Below are positions 25,232-36,980 of a DNA stretch of 64,000 nucleotides, piece after piece. The first letter of the stretch is position 1, and every line of letters begins with the position of its first letter. A program made the position numbers and the translations under genes. The notes under the pieces are model-generated. The model worked only from the letters and a program-made list of their open reading frames with translations, was not told the DNA's origin and made no database searches. Origin of the DNA: Felis catus (Eukaryota); the NCBI RefSeq assembly GCF_018350175.1, contig NC_058368.1, positions 51,647,815 through 51,711,814 of the forward strand. The letters run 5' to 3'.

Positions 25232-27821
25232 GCATGTATATATTTAACATTCTTTTTAAATCTTTTTAAATCTTTTAAATCACCAAATACTTTGAGTAAA
25301 CTTACTAGGACACAGTGGTTGTTGGTTTTTTCCCCTCTTGGTAAGAATAATTCATAAGTTTGAAGAATGGTTTTATGTGGCCAGCTATGAGTTCAAGTTC
25401 AGACATTATCATTATCATTTCAATATCAAGCTAACTCATATGTAAAATATGATTAGAAACAATCATGGGGTAGCACTTGGAAGACAAGGTTTCCTTCACC
25501 TGAAATTTTGCTCCATTTAAAGGTGGAAATGGACAGCAGATGGAGGTTAAAGACTAGGAACTACCAGAATGGCTTACTGATGCTTGTTATTATCAACAGC
25601 AAAAATCCCCGACATATTTTCTTTATGGAAAGATGGTGATGAAGTGTGTGCGCTACATTGTAACACTTCTTTCTTCTTGTTCTTCTGAAAGCCATGAACT
25701 TCCTATTGGTGTCCTTTAAAAGGAAGCTGAAGTCAGAAATGGGTTGTTATTTCCTATTCATAATAACAGTGAAAAATGTGCTCCTGCCTGTAATTGGGAA
25801 AGTAATTTCCTAAAAAGAATTTAAGTAGGCCTTGAATAATAGTCAAGTGTAACCCAAACCCTTCTTGAACATGACTCACTGCTTCACTATTGTTTTCAGC
25901 CTCTGCGGGAGATGATGATTTTCTGAATTTCCAGCTATAGATTTGTTCCTGAGAAGTGGGATTGAAGTATTGTGAAAAAAGATCCAAACTGGTATATTTT
26001 GAAACCGGCTACCATTTGAAAGACTCTGTCCCTATAAAGAAATAGAATACATTAATAAAATGAAAAGAAAAGTGTTCATCATTTTTCTTTCTTATTTTGT
26101 TTCCCTCTAGTGCCTCGGTATTTTATATGGAGACATGTCCAACTCAAAGGCATTTGTTCATTTAAAAAAACTTGGAAAGTTCACTCTTATGATCTCAGAA
26201 CCTGGGCACTATTTCCCCTTTCAGGACCATGTGTGGACCATAGCTCTGAATCCCTTCTCCCCCTTGGATCCATGAGCACCGCTGAACACCTCTTTTCTGG
26301 ATAATACTCAGATTTCAAGGAACGGAACACATGATTATGTTTGTTTCCATGTCTTCTGCCTAGACCTGGTATTTTTGTAAATTTAATAATTCTGCAAATG
26401 TACTGAAGTAAAGGTTTTAGGCTTGAGTTGGAACCACTTTTAGCTAGTAGGTTAATACAATCAAATCAGCTTATAGGCTTAATACAAACATTAGCTTTAC
26501 TATGCTGTAACATTGTGATTTTTAAGAAGGGGGAATTGGATTAATATTTGGATTTCTGGTGTCAAGTACTCTGTTTTGAGCCAGTGACATCATCCTGGTC
26601 ATATTTGTGATCATTCTTGAGCATCTGAGGCAATACATGTCTGTCTTTCCCCTCGTCTTCAAAAAGAGAACAATAATCAAACCTTGCTACTATAGTAAGA
26701 GTTATTAGTTTGGGAGAGAATTACTACCCTGTTGATGTTCTAAATGATGAAGAATATGGTTTTTGGTCATTCTGGGCTGGTGCTCTGGAAGTGTGATTCA
26801 GAGCCACTTAAAATTCCCTTCCGCAGGAGGCAGAGTATATGTGGTCAGATGATATTTTTAAGGCTTTTCTAGGGCTTGGTGACCTCACAGTTCAGACTGG
26901 ACAACTTCCCACAATGACAGGTCTATTAATCAGGAAATGTAGGTGTGACAACCAGTCAGAGATGCCTTTGCCCTCTTCTCAAAGAAGAAGGTCCTGGACA
27001 GGCCAACTGAGAAGCACTTGGATGCACTGTGAGCTTGTCCAACCCTGACATTTTGTGACCTCAAATATATGGCCAGACACCTCAACTTCACACTCCTTCC
27101 TTGCCTATTCACCATCAGATGATAATCAGGCGACACAATAAAAGCATCGCTTGGATTTCACTCAGTTCCCTGATGTGTTTTTAAAGCCCAGAGAAAACTG
27201 TTGAGCTGCAAGGGACATCCTGGGCATTTTGAATTAGAAAAGGGAAGGTTGAGATGAAGTAAACCTGGATGAGAAGTTTTCTTTGGCATTATTTTAAAGA
27301 CAGTTGGCAGTAATCTTCAAAGGAGGGTGTGTGTTTATCTTTTTTGGCATGCCTTTTGTTTTACTCATCTGGAGCCCCACCTTTTATTTGGGGTAATATT
27401 TTATCTGATATCCCTGGCAGCTGAGCTGAGACTGCTCACAGTTCCAAATTATCTGGTCAATTTAGGGGAAAACTCCAGTAATTTGAATTTTTGGCATCAA
27501 TTAGAAAAATAACGTCCAAATAATTGCTCTGCAGTTCGGAATGTTGGTTGTTATGTTGAGACAACTGTAAATCAATCTGAACACTGCAAAATTCTGGCAA
27601 CTCATTTAAATGGAACTCAGTGAAGTGAGACTATAAAAATAAAATATCAATGAACATTTTACTTCACTTAAAAATTTATTTTACTTCTCTTACCCATTAT
27701 CAGCAGCTTCACTTTTTAATGGAAGTAAAAAGTAAGAAAGACAACATTTTAGGATCTTCAACTATCACTTGACTATAGACCCAAATTTTAAGATGGAAAG
27801 GTTCAAGAAGAGTTAATTCTT

Positions 27822-28158
27822 TTTTTTAAAGATTTTATTTTTGGGGCTCCTAGGTGGTTCAGTCACTTAAGCATCCAACTTTGGTTCAGGTCATGATCTC
27901 TCAGTTTGTGAGTTTGAGCCCCGCATTGGGCTCTGTGCTAACAGCTCAGAGCCTGGAGCCTGCTTCAGATTCTGTGTCTCCCTCTCTCTCTGTCCCTCCC
28001 CCACTCATGCTCTGTCTCTTTTTCTCTCAATAATAAATAAACATTAAAAATATTAAGATTTTGTTTTTAAGTAATCTCTGCACCTAACATGGGGATCAAG
28101 CTCACAACCCTGAGATCAAGAGTCACATGCTCTACTGACTTAACCAGCCAGGCACCCC
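27822..28158 (-). mobile_element. Short CanSINE variant, interrupted in its tail by a + strand SINE
   Basis: TTTTAAAGATTTTATTTTT|AAGTAATCTCTGCACCTAACATGGGG...CCCTGAGATCAAGAGTCACATGCTCTACTGAC...CCAGGCACCCC. TSD AAGAAGAGTTAATTCTT at 27805-27821 and 28159-28175. Confidence 0.85.
27843..28054 (+). mobile_element. CanSINE nested in the tail of another SINE
   Basis: Full SINEC body. TSD AAGATTTT(A/G)TTTTT at 27829-27842 and 28055-28068. Confidence 0.93.
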
Positions 28159-28175
28159 AAGAAGAGTTAATTCTT

Positions 28176-28369
28176 TTTTTTTTTTTTTTTTTTTTTTTGA
28201 GAGAGAGAGAGTGTGGGGAGGGGCAGTGGGAGAGGGAGAGAGAGAATCTTAACAGGCTCCATGAACAACACAGAGCCGAACTTGGGGTTTAAGCTCACAA
28301 CCATGAGATCCTGACCTGAGCCCAAATCAAGAGTTGGATACTTAACCAACTGAGCCACTCACATGCCCC
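28176..28369 (-). mobile_element. CanSINE (older)
   Basis: Poly-T, (GA)n and SINEC body, flanked by AAGAAGAGTTAATTCTT (28159-28175) and AAGAAGAGTTGAATCTT (28370-28386). Confidence 0.92.
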
Positions 28370-29384
28370 AAGAAGAGTTGAATCTTAATGTGAAAATATA
28401 GTGGCCAAGTGCATGGGTTTTGGAAGTATACAACCTTGAGGCTGAAAACATGTTCCACTGGGAGAGCTCTCTGAGGCAAAAATTAAGTCTTCTTCCTTAA
28501 ATGCCATTCTGTCTTTCATATCTAGCAAATTACCTGATGCATAGTAAAGGCTCAAATATATTTGGTGACTACATGAGTGATAAGGGATTTTTTTCTATGC
28601 ATGATAATTCTTTTGAGTTAGTGTCTTTATATAAAAAGACTCCTCTGCTCTTTTCTAAGATCAGTTGGGTTCTGCAGCATGTCATATGCTTGAGAAGGCA
28701 AAACATCACTCAGCAATCTCACATTCCTTGCTTCCTATTTCCTATTATGTTGCTCATTGTTGAGCATGCTAACAAAATTGTTTCTAAACCTACTTCCTTT
28801 TTTTTAAAAACCTACTTCCTCATTCCTCATTGACTGGTTAAATGAGGTCAGAAATACATCTAATATTAAATGTTTTTTTAACATTTATGTTTTAAAATAT
28901 TTAATAAATGAAGGACCCCCAGCATTTGGAGTCTATTAAGGGACAAGTCATCGAAACTAAGGAAAAAGGATTGCATTTCACTGTTAAAACCTTCAGTTGA
29001 TTACCATCTTCTATATTCTATGACCTGAAGCCACCAGCTAATTTTGTCAGCACTTGAGTTTTATAACCACATAAAACTTTATGAACTTTATCCTCAAGGT
29101 CTCTCCATAATGGCAGGGTAATCCTGTGGAATATCAAATATATATATCTTGAATATCTCAAATGGCTGCTTATCAACTCATTTACCTTCATGAACCTTAC
29201 ATGAGCAATTACTATGGGACTGGCTCTGAGCCAAGCACTGGGGCATTTAAAAGCCAACATAGATATTTCATATCCAAAAATTATATGCTATAGTTTAGGA
29301 TAGTGACATAAACACAAACAAAATATGGTCTGACACAGGTAATAATAGAATATGTACAAAATAATGGCAAATTTCACAACAGGA

Positions 29385-29865
29385 TGGTATTCAGAGACTG
29401 ATAATTGCCTAACCAATATTAATTTTCCCCTCTTTCTTATAAAAGCCCTCCAATTTGTACCAGGTGGCAAAATGCCCAGCAAAAGACTCAATTTTCTATC
29501 CTCCCTTGCAGGAGATGTGGCCATGGAACTAAGTTTTGGCTAATGTAATGCAAGTGGAAGTTTGGGATTGGACTTTGGGGAAGTCTCCTTGGCTTGGGGA
29601 CAAAAGGCTAGGGCTTGCAGGCTGGATTGTGGTTGTGATGGCTGGAGCTCCAGGAGTAATATTGGAGGATAATGTGACCTCAATGATGAAAACAATATAT
29701 AAAGGATGATAAGAAAGGCAGAGAGAAGGAGTCTAATCACTGATGACACAGCAGAACCCTGGACTGCCTCTCCTTCAATTTTGGGGTAGAAATACATTTC
29801 TGTCTTGTTTAAGCAGCTGCTATTTTCACTGTGTTACCAGAATCTAAATGCAATTCCAGATGATA
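29385..29865 (+). mobile_element. MaLR LTR (MLT1J-like)
   Basis: CAGAGACTG...TCCTCCCTTGCAGGAGATGTGGCCATGGAACTAAGTTTTGGCTAATG...CTTGTTTAAGC resembles MLT1J. Confidence 0.65.
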
Positions 29866-30538
29866 TGGAATGTGCAGGTTGTTTTGCTTTGTTTTGTTTT
29901 GTTTTAAGACAAAGGTGTTGGGGAAGGTAACAGAGAGAAAGTAATGCCTTGGCAGATTATGTTAAAGGATGAATATGAGTTGCCCAGGTGATAGGAGATG
30001 AGGATTCCAGTAGAAGAATATCCATTGTCACTACTTACTTCATTAGATACTGTTTTCCTTAATGTTTGTGTTGTTTGGTTTGAAAATGATTTCAAACTTA
30101 CAAAAAATTTGCAAGCATAAGAATAATACAAAGAGTACCTCTATACCCTTTACTCAGATTTCTATGGTGAACATTTTTTTGTCTTATTTGCTTATATTTG
30201 CTGCCTCCCTCTGTTTATGTATCTTATATTATATTGCCAATATTCAGTTGTATACATCATGACCCTTTAACCCATTACCACTTTTTTCCTAAGTATTTTA
30301 TTGTATGTTTCCTAAGAGTATTCTCTCTCATAATCATAGTTCACTCATCAACTTTAGTAAATTTAACATTGATGCAATAGTTTCATCCAAGCGATTGTCC
30401 TTATTCAATTGTCCCAGTAATGCTTTTTATAGCATTTCCCTTTCCAATTTAGAATCCAGTCCAGGGTCGGATATTGCATTTAGTTGTCTTGTGTCTTTAA
30501 CCTGGAATGTAGTAAAACAAATTGCCTTGCATTTTTAA

Positions 30539-30750
30539 AAATTGTTTTAAGTTTATTTATTTGTTTTGAGACAGACAGAGAGAGCAAGTGGGGGAGGGGC
30601 AAAAAGAGAGGGAGACAGAGAGAATCCCAGCAGGCCCTGCACTGTCATTGCAGAGCAGGATGTGGGGCTCAAACTTAAGAACCGTGAGATCATGACCCCA
30701 GGTGAAACCAAGAGTTGGATGCTCAACCGACTGAGCCATCCAGGTGCCCC
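30539..30750 (-). mobile_element. CanSINE
   Basis: SINEC body. TSD CTTGCATT(T/C)TTAA at 30526-30538 and 30753-30765. Confidence 0.93.
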
Positions 30751-30812
30751 ATCTTGCATTCTTAATCAGGCACATTTCCACAGCTGTTTCTTGTGTTTTA
30801 TGCCAATAATAT

Positions 30813-30994
30813 ATGTTTTATTTATTTTTGAGAGAGCACAGGTGGGCGAAGGGTACAAAGAGAGAAACAGAGGATCTGAAGTATGTTCCCTGCTGACAGC
30901 AGCCGGCCTGATGTGGGGCTTGAACTCACAAACCACGAGATCATGACCTCAGCTGAAGTCGGTTGCTCAACTGACTGAGCCACCCAGGTGCCCC
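30813..30994 (-). mobile_element. CanSINE
   Basis: SINEC body. TSD TATGC(C/T)AA(T/C)AATAT at 30799-30812 and 30995-31008. Confidence 0.92.
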
Positions 30995-31484
30995 TATGCT
31001 AACAATATTCTTAAAGACTATAATCTTCCCCTCTTTTTAATAGGATATTTGTCATTGGTTTGATGTTTCCTCATGATTAGAGTCTGGTTATACATTCTCA
31101 AACACATGCTTCATAGGTGACGTGTGTCTTTCTCAAGGTATATCATCTGGAGACACACAGTGACCATCTGTTCCTCACTGGTGACATTAATATTAATTGC
31201 CCAGTGAACATGTTGCCTAGCTTCTCCCCTGTATAATTACTTTATTTTTTCACTTGAAACTAATTGGTGGTTTGTGATAAGGCACTTTAAGTCCATTCAA
31301 ATCTTGTTTTCAGCCAAATTTAACTCTGGATTTAGCTGGCATCCATTGATGATTCTTGCCTGATCTAGTCTTTACTATAATGCTGCAAATGATTCAACTC
31401 CAGCATCCCCTCTGCATTAACCAGCCAGCCCTCAGCATTCTGCCTTAAAAGCATGAGACCTCCTTTCTAATTTATTTATCTTTT

Positions 31485-32296
31485 CAAAAAATTATTTATT
31501 TATTTATTTATTTATTTTATTGTCAAGTTAGCTAACATACAGTGTATATAGAGTGTGCTCTTGGCTTTGGGAGTAGATTCCTATGATTCATCACTTACAT
31601 AAAACACCCAGTGCTCATCCCCTCAAGTGTCCTCCTCAATGCCCATCACCCATTTTCCCCCGCCCCCTTCCACCCTCACCCCTTTCCACTCTCAGTTTGT
31701 TCTTTATATTTAAAAGTTTCTTATGGTTTGCCTCCCTCTCTGTTTGTAACTCTTTTTTTTTTCTTCCCTTCCTTCGAGGCCTTCTGTTAAGTTTCTGAAC
31801 ACATATGAGTGAAAATATGATACCTGTCTTTCTCTGACTGGCTTATTCCACTTAGCATAATACCCTTCGGTCCCATCCACGTTACTGCAAATGACAAGAT
31901 TTCATTCTTTTTCGTTGACAAGTAGTATTCCATTGTACATATGTACCATATCTTCTTTATCCATACATCAGTTGATGGACATTTGGGCTCTTTCCATAAT
32001 TTGGCTTTTGTTGATGATGCTGCTATAAACTTTGGGAGGTACATGTGCCTCTGTGAATCAGCACTCCTGTATCCTTTGGATAAATTCCTAGTAGTGCTAT
32101 TTCTGGATCATAGGGTAATTCTATCTTTAATTTTTTGAGGAACCTCCACACTGTTTTCCAGATTTGCTGCACTGATTTGCATTCCCACCAACAATGCAAG
32201 AGAGATCCCCTTTATCCACATCCTTGCCAACATCTGTGGTTTCCTGGGTTTTAATTTTAGCCACTCTGACCAGTGTGTGGTGGTATCTCAATGTAG
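31485..32296 (-). mobile_element. Carnivore L1 3' segment (non-inverted part of a 5'-inverted insertion)
   Basis: (TTTA)n tail and L1 3' UTR. ORF 31787-32044 reads FIAASSTKAKLWKEPKCPSTDVWIKKIWYICTMEYY...EILSFAVTWM (ORF2p C-terminus). Confidence 0.95.
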
Positions 32297-32339
32297 CATG
32301 AAATGCTATGTAGTATGAAATGCTACGAAATGCAATGTA

Positions 32340-32788
32340 GGATGAAAGACCTAAATGTGAGACAGGAAACCATCAAAATCCTAGAAGAGAAAACAGGCAA
32401 CTATCTCTTTGACCTCAGCCGCAGCAACTTCTTGCTTGACATGTCTCCAAAGGCAAGGGAAATAAAAGCAAAAATGAACTGTTAGGACTTAATCCAGATA
32501 AAAAGCTTCTGCACAGCAAAAGAAACAATCAACAAAACTAAAAGGCAACCAACAGAATCGGAGAAAGTATTTGCAAATGACATATCGGATAAAGGGTTAG
32601 TATCAAAAATCTATAAAGAACTTACCAAACTCAACACCCAAAAAGCAAATAGTCCAGTGAAGAAGTGGGCAGACGACATGAGTAGACATTTTTCCAAAAG
32701 AGACATACAAATGGCTCGCAGACACATGAAAAGATACTCAACATTGCTCATCATCAGAGAAATACAAATACAAAACATGGAGATACCA
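32340..32788 (+). mobile_element. Inverted 5' segment of the same L1 (ORF2)
   Basis: MKDLNVRQETIKILEEKTGNYLFDLSRSNFLLDMSPKAREIKAKMN and [36 protein letters not shown] are L1 ORF2p. It ends at GAGATACCA, the L1 position where the minus segment begins. Possible TSD TATCTTTT at 31477-31484 and 32789-32796. Confidence 0.93.
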
Positions 32789-33929
32789 TATCTTTTTTTA
32801 TTCAGTAACATACTCATTAGCTCATATTTTTCAGTGGTTTATGATTCATTACTGTAATTAATAGTTTGGTGTTTATATTATCCCCAGTTTGACTTGGCAA
32901 TCGAAGGCCCTTTTCCAGTTGGTTCTGTGTCCTGGTTGCAAGCCCCCATTCCTTTTTTTTTTAAAGCTCTTCTTCATTTTCTGACATAACAATATATTCC
33001 TGACTAATCTTGTACTATAGAGAATCTAGTGGGTGATTAGTGAATAGCACATTATATCTTTGAACCCTCAGCCTAACTCATAGCAAGCGTTTATGCAGAT
33101 ACATTTGATATAAATTTTAAAGCATTTAGCTCAGCATAGCTCCATGAAGTACAGCCTTGTTTCCTTTAGTTGGAATGGTATTAAAGGCCAAATTTTGGGA
33201 TTAGGTATGCTTATGGTTACTGAGGTGTCTTTGCTTCTTGGCCCTTTAAGTATGCAAAGTTAGGAAGTATGCATGTATATGTATACATATACACATGTAA
33301 ACATATAGATACATATGCACACACATGTGTACAAACACATGCATATACACATTCTGATATATTTTAGAAATTAAGAGTCCACATCGATACTTCCAATTCC
33401 AGTCCATGCCCGTGAGGTTCTATCTTGCCACTCCCTGTTGTATATTTCTGTGTCCCTTCTTCGTTAGTGAGAACTCTGGCTCTCAACAACACATTTACTC
33501 ATTGCTTAATCCTATAAAATATCTCAGTTGTTTCAGAATCACTTCACTCATTCCACTACAATAAGTAAATCTACTAAAAAGGACTTTAGAACTTGTTTGC
33601 AAATTCTCTATCCCCACTTTCCACCCCATAAATATTATTTTAATGGAAGAACAAATTTTAAAGTCACTGAGAGACTTTCATCTACTATTGACACAAGACT
33701 GTCGATTGAATGTGGAAATAGTGTTTGCTCTAAAGTTCAGTGGTTCCTGTACTTGGCACATTCATACTGTTAAGTGTAAATCCTAAATGACTAGGATATG
33801 TGTGTGTGTGTGCCCTGCACACGCTAATGATTGGTAAAGCACCAAGAGTATTTCTTTTAAAATTGCTTGTGTTTGCTTTACCCTTTTCTCTTTTACACCA
33901 CTCCCTACAGAAAAATAGCAAGTTTCACC

Positions 33930-34610
33930 TTAAATTCATACTGCTAGATGAAAGAATTCTGTTTGAAAAGGACTACATATTATGTGTCACTTGGAAGAGG
34001 CAAATCTATAGAGGCAGCAAAAAGATTCGTGGTTGCCAGGGACTTGGTGGAGAGAGGGAGAGGGAATACGTGGAGTACAGGGGATTTTTAGGGTAGTGAA
34101 ACTGTTCTTTCTGAAGTTTAATGGTAGAGATATGATTTTATCCTCTTGTCAAAATCCATAGAATGGTACAACACAAAGAATGTACCCTAACATTCACTAT
34201 GCACGTTAACAATAAAGTTAATAATAATCTGTCAATGTTGGCTCATTACAGAGCAAAATGTGTATACACTGTCTGGAGCTTTCAAAGGACACCCATGTGT
34301 CATTGCTGTATGTTGTTAATGGCACCTATCCAAGGAACAAACAGACCATTGGCAAACTGGCTCATAGGGAGACTAGTTCAGGTGTAGAGGAATCTTCCCT
34401 GGGAGTGTAACAAAATGTTAATCAAAAGAAAAAAATATTGGCTCATCAATTGTAAAAAATGTACCATGCTCATGAGAGAGGTTAATAATAGAGGAAACTA
34501 GAAGGATGGGATGGTCAAGGGGATATATGGGGTCTCTGTACTTCTACCCAATTTTTTCATAAACCTAAACCCTCTCTAGTAAATAGTCTTTCAATTAAAA
34601 AAATAACAAA
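33930..34610 (+). mobile_element. Old L1 3' end (L1MC-like) carrying a 187-bp foreign insert
   Basis: GGCAAATCTATAGAG...GTGGTTGCCAGGG...GGGATTTTTAGGGTAGTGAAACTGTTC...TTGTCAAAATCCATAGAA...CAATTGTAAAAAATGTACCA...GTTAATAATAG...TCTCTGTACTT. Confidence 0.8.
34247..34433 (+). other. Unidentified A-tailed insert (probable short retrocopy)
   Basis: Flanked by a 13-bp direct repeat AAT(G/A)TTGGCTCAT (34234-34246 and 34434-34446). Ends in AAAAGAAAAA. Interrupts otherwise continuous L1 sequence. Confidence 0.7.
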
Positions 34611-34655
34611 TTTCAAATGTAGAAAAACCTCAACTAAAGAAACAGAGAGCTTTTA

Positions 34656-34853
34656 TTTATTTTTTATTTTTTATTTTTTATTTTTTTTATATATGAAATT
34701 TATTGTCAAATTAGTTTCCATACAACACCCAGTGCTCATCCCAACAAGTGCCCTCCTCCCTGCCCATCACCCATTTTCCCCTCTCCCCCACCTCCCATCT
34801 ACCCTTAGTTTGTTCTCAGCCCTTAAGAGTCTTTTCTGGTTTGCCTCCCTCCC
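34656..34853 (-). mobile_element. Severely 5'-truncated young felid L1 (3' UTR end only)
   Basis: T-rich tail, ATATGAAATTTATTGTCAAATT...CATACAACACCCAGTGCTCATCCCAACA. Perfect 14-bp TSD ACAGAGAGCTTTTA at 34642-34655 and 34854-34867. Confidence 0.93.
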
Positions 34854-36150
34854 ACAGAGAGCTTTTAAAACAAACCCAGCACAGTCATTAATTAATGCAT
34901 CATCTAAGAAGCTGAACTAAATATTGCCAAAGGCTTTTTGTTATTGTTGTTTTAATCAATTTTTTCTGTTTTAATAAATAGAAGTTATAATACATTTGGA
35001 AATTTTTAAAAGTAGAAATAATTATATATTTTTTGACTTTCAATGATCTTTAAACCATCTTTAAAATAAACTCTTATAACTGTACTAAGGCAAATCCTAT
35101 TGGGATTATCCAGTTCCCTTCTGCACTGTGCAATTACAATGCTATGAAGACTTTCTGGGCTGTTCTCAGTGGTCAGCCCACTGAATCTGAGTTCAGATTA
35201 GCAGACTCCTGAATTGTGCTTTCACGGTGGTGACTACTCTTTCTTGAGCTTCCTGGTTCTCTAACTGTGGAGAAGCAGCCATGTTCCTGGGCCTGACTTC
35301 TGGGGAGACACACAGTTTTATTTTCTTTCTGCAGCCATGGGAGACACTGCTCAGGGAGCATTGACAGATGCGTTATGTTTTGTATCAGGGCCCATAGTAG
35401 TCGGGCAAAGGATTCTCTTTCTCTGCATCTTCAGGACAGTGACCTTGATCACCTACATTAAGTATAAGTCCATTTGCTCTAAGATCCTCAGCAAAATTTT
35501 TGTGCCAGTTACTTTATACTTGGAAAATGGCTTCCTCATTCTGAGCACAGCTATGCAGCTGTGCCCCGGGACTGTGTATCCTTGTTGCTTAACTGCCTTG
35601 ATGTTCTGCTCTGTTAGTTTATCTTGGCTTTGAATGGAAGAGAGAGTAGCAGTCTAAAGCGGGTTGGCTTTGATGAAAAGTGTGGTTTTCAGATCGGTTC
35701 CAATGTCTCTCCCAGTCTTATGATTCATGTCATCTCTCTGGTACCCATTTTTGGTAACAGCAGCATAACCTTTTCATGCCAGACATCTGATAGATTTCAT
35801 GAATATAAAGGAATATTATTTAGCTATTAATAATACAAGTGTGTTGGCTATTGTCAATATAATAAATGACAAATGTGATAATCACCAGAAAGAAGCAAAA
35901 TGCAGAGTTGATACGTACATTGGTGGCAATAGTATGAAATTTAATTTTATTATCATGAGGTCAGAAGAAAATTTGGTGAGAGCGTTTGGAATCTAATAAT
36001 GTTTATCAGTTTCCTTTTCCTTGTGTAATGATGCCAGAGTAGCTACACAGAATTCATTTTGCAGAATGTGTTAGTGTGTTTCAGGCTTTGCTGTACTCTC
36101 TTGTAAACCTGAAAATATGGAGGAGGGGTGACTGTTAGAAATTCTGACTT

Positions 36151-36396
36151 GGAGTGCCTGGGTGGCTCAGTCAGTTAAGTGTCCGACTCTTGATTTTGGC
36201 TCAGGTCATGATCTCGCAGTTCATGAGTTCAAGCTTCATGTTAGGCTCTGTGCCGACAGTGTGGAGCCTGCTTGGGATACTCTGTCTCTGTCTCTGTCTC
36301 TGTCTCTGTCTCTGTCTCTCTGTCCATCCCCTGCTCACTCTCTCTCTCTCTCTCTCTCAAAAATAAATAAAACTTAAAAAAATTTTAAAATAAAAA
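36151..36396 (+). mobile_element. CanSINE with an internal (TCTCTG)n expansion
   Basis: SINEC body. TSD AGAAATTCTG(A/G)CTT at 36137-36150 and 36397-36410. Confidence 0.94.
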
Positions 36397-36416
36397 AGAA
36401 ATTCTGGCTTGGAGAC

Positions 36417-36480
36417 TGTATTGGTTAGCTAGGGCTGCCATAACAAAGTGACATGGATTGGGTGGCTTAATACATACAAC
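36417..36480 (-). mobile_element. MLT1/MST LTR terminal fragment
   Basis: TGTATTGGTTAGCTAGGGCTGCCATAACAAAGT..CA.GGATTGGGTGGCTTAA is a typical MaLR LTR end. Confidence 0.7.
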
Positions 36481-36499
36481 TCTGTCATATATCAAAGTT

Positions 36500-36980
36500 A
36501 AATATTTGCGTGAATTTCCTTCTGTGGTTTTTGTCCAATTAATCAGCTGATCAATGTATCTATCCCTATAGACCACCACATTGATTACTACAGCTTTATA
36601 ACAAGTTTTTATAGCTGGTGAGACAAGTTTTGCATCCTACCACTGCCTTCTTATTCAGAAAGTTCTTGGGTGTTCTCTCTTGTCTATGTAAACTTTAGAA
36701 TCAATTTATGCATTTCCATGAAGAGCTCTATTGATGCTTTATTTGAAACCTCATTAGGTCTGTGGATTATTTTGGGAAAAATTACTGTCTTTATAATATG
36801 AAATCTTCTTATCTAAGAACACAAGATCTGTTTGCGTTTTATTCAGATATTATTTAATGACTTTCTAGAAATCTTCATAATTTTCTGCATATCATAATTT
36901 TCTTGTATATTGCAATTTAGTAAGCATAGCTAAGGAGGTGTTTCTTCTATTTTAATCTATATATTTTTGTGAGATATCTC
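36500..36980 (-). mobile_element. Old L1 ORF2 fragment
   Basis: TTGATTACTACAGCTTTATA...TAAACTTTAGAATCAATT...TTTGGGAAAAATTACTGTCTTTATAATA resembles antisense L1M ORF2. Confidence 0.65.

Larger units (their letters stand above)
30075..33600 (-). mobile_element. Old L1 3' region (L1MC/L1MD-like), hosting two SINEs and a younger L1
   Basis: TGATTTCAAACTTACAAAAAATTTGCAA...CTATACCCTTTACTCAGATT...ATTCTCTCTCATAATCATAGT...ATTGCATTTAGTTGTC resembles antisense L1MC/MD 3' UTRs. The similarity continues after 32800. Confidence 0.65.

Noticed and set aside
27805..28386. Three spaced 17-bp direct repeats as a CRISPR-like array
   Set aside because: The spacers are SINEs of 190-340 bp and the repeats are target-site duplications in mammalian DNA.
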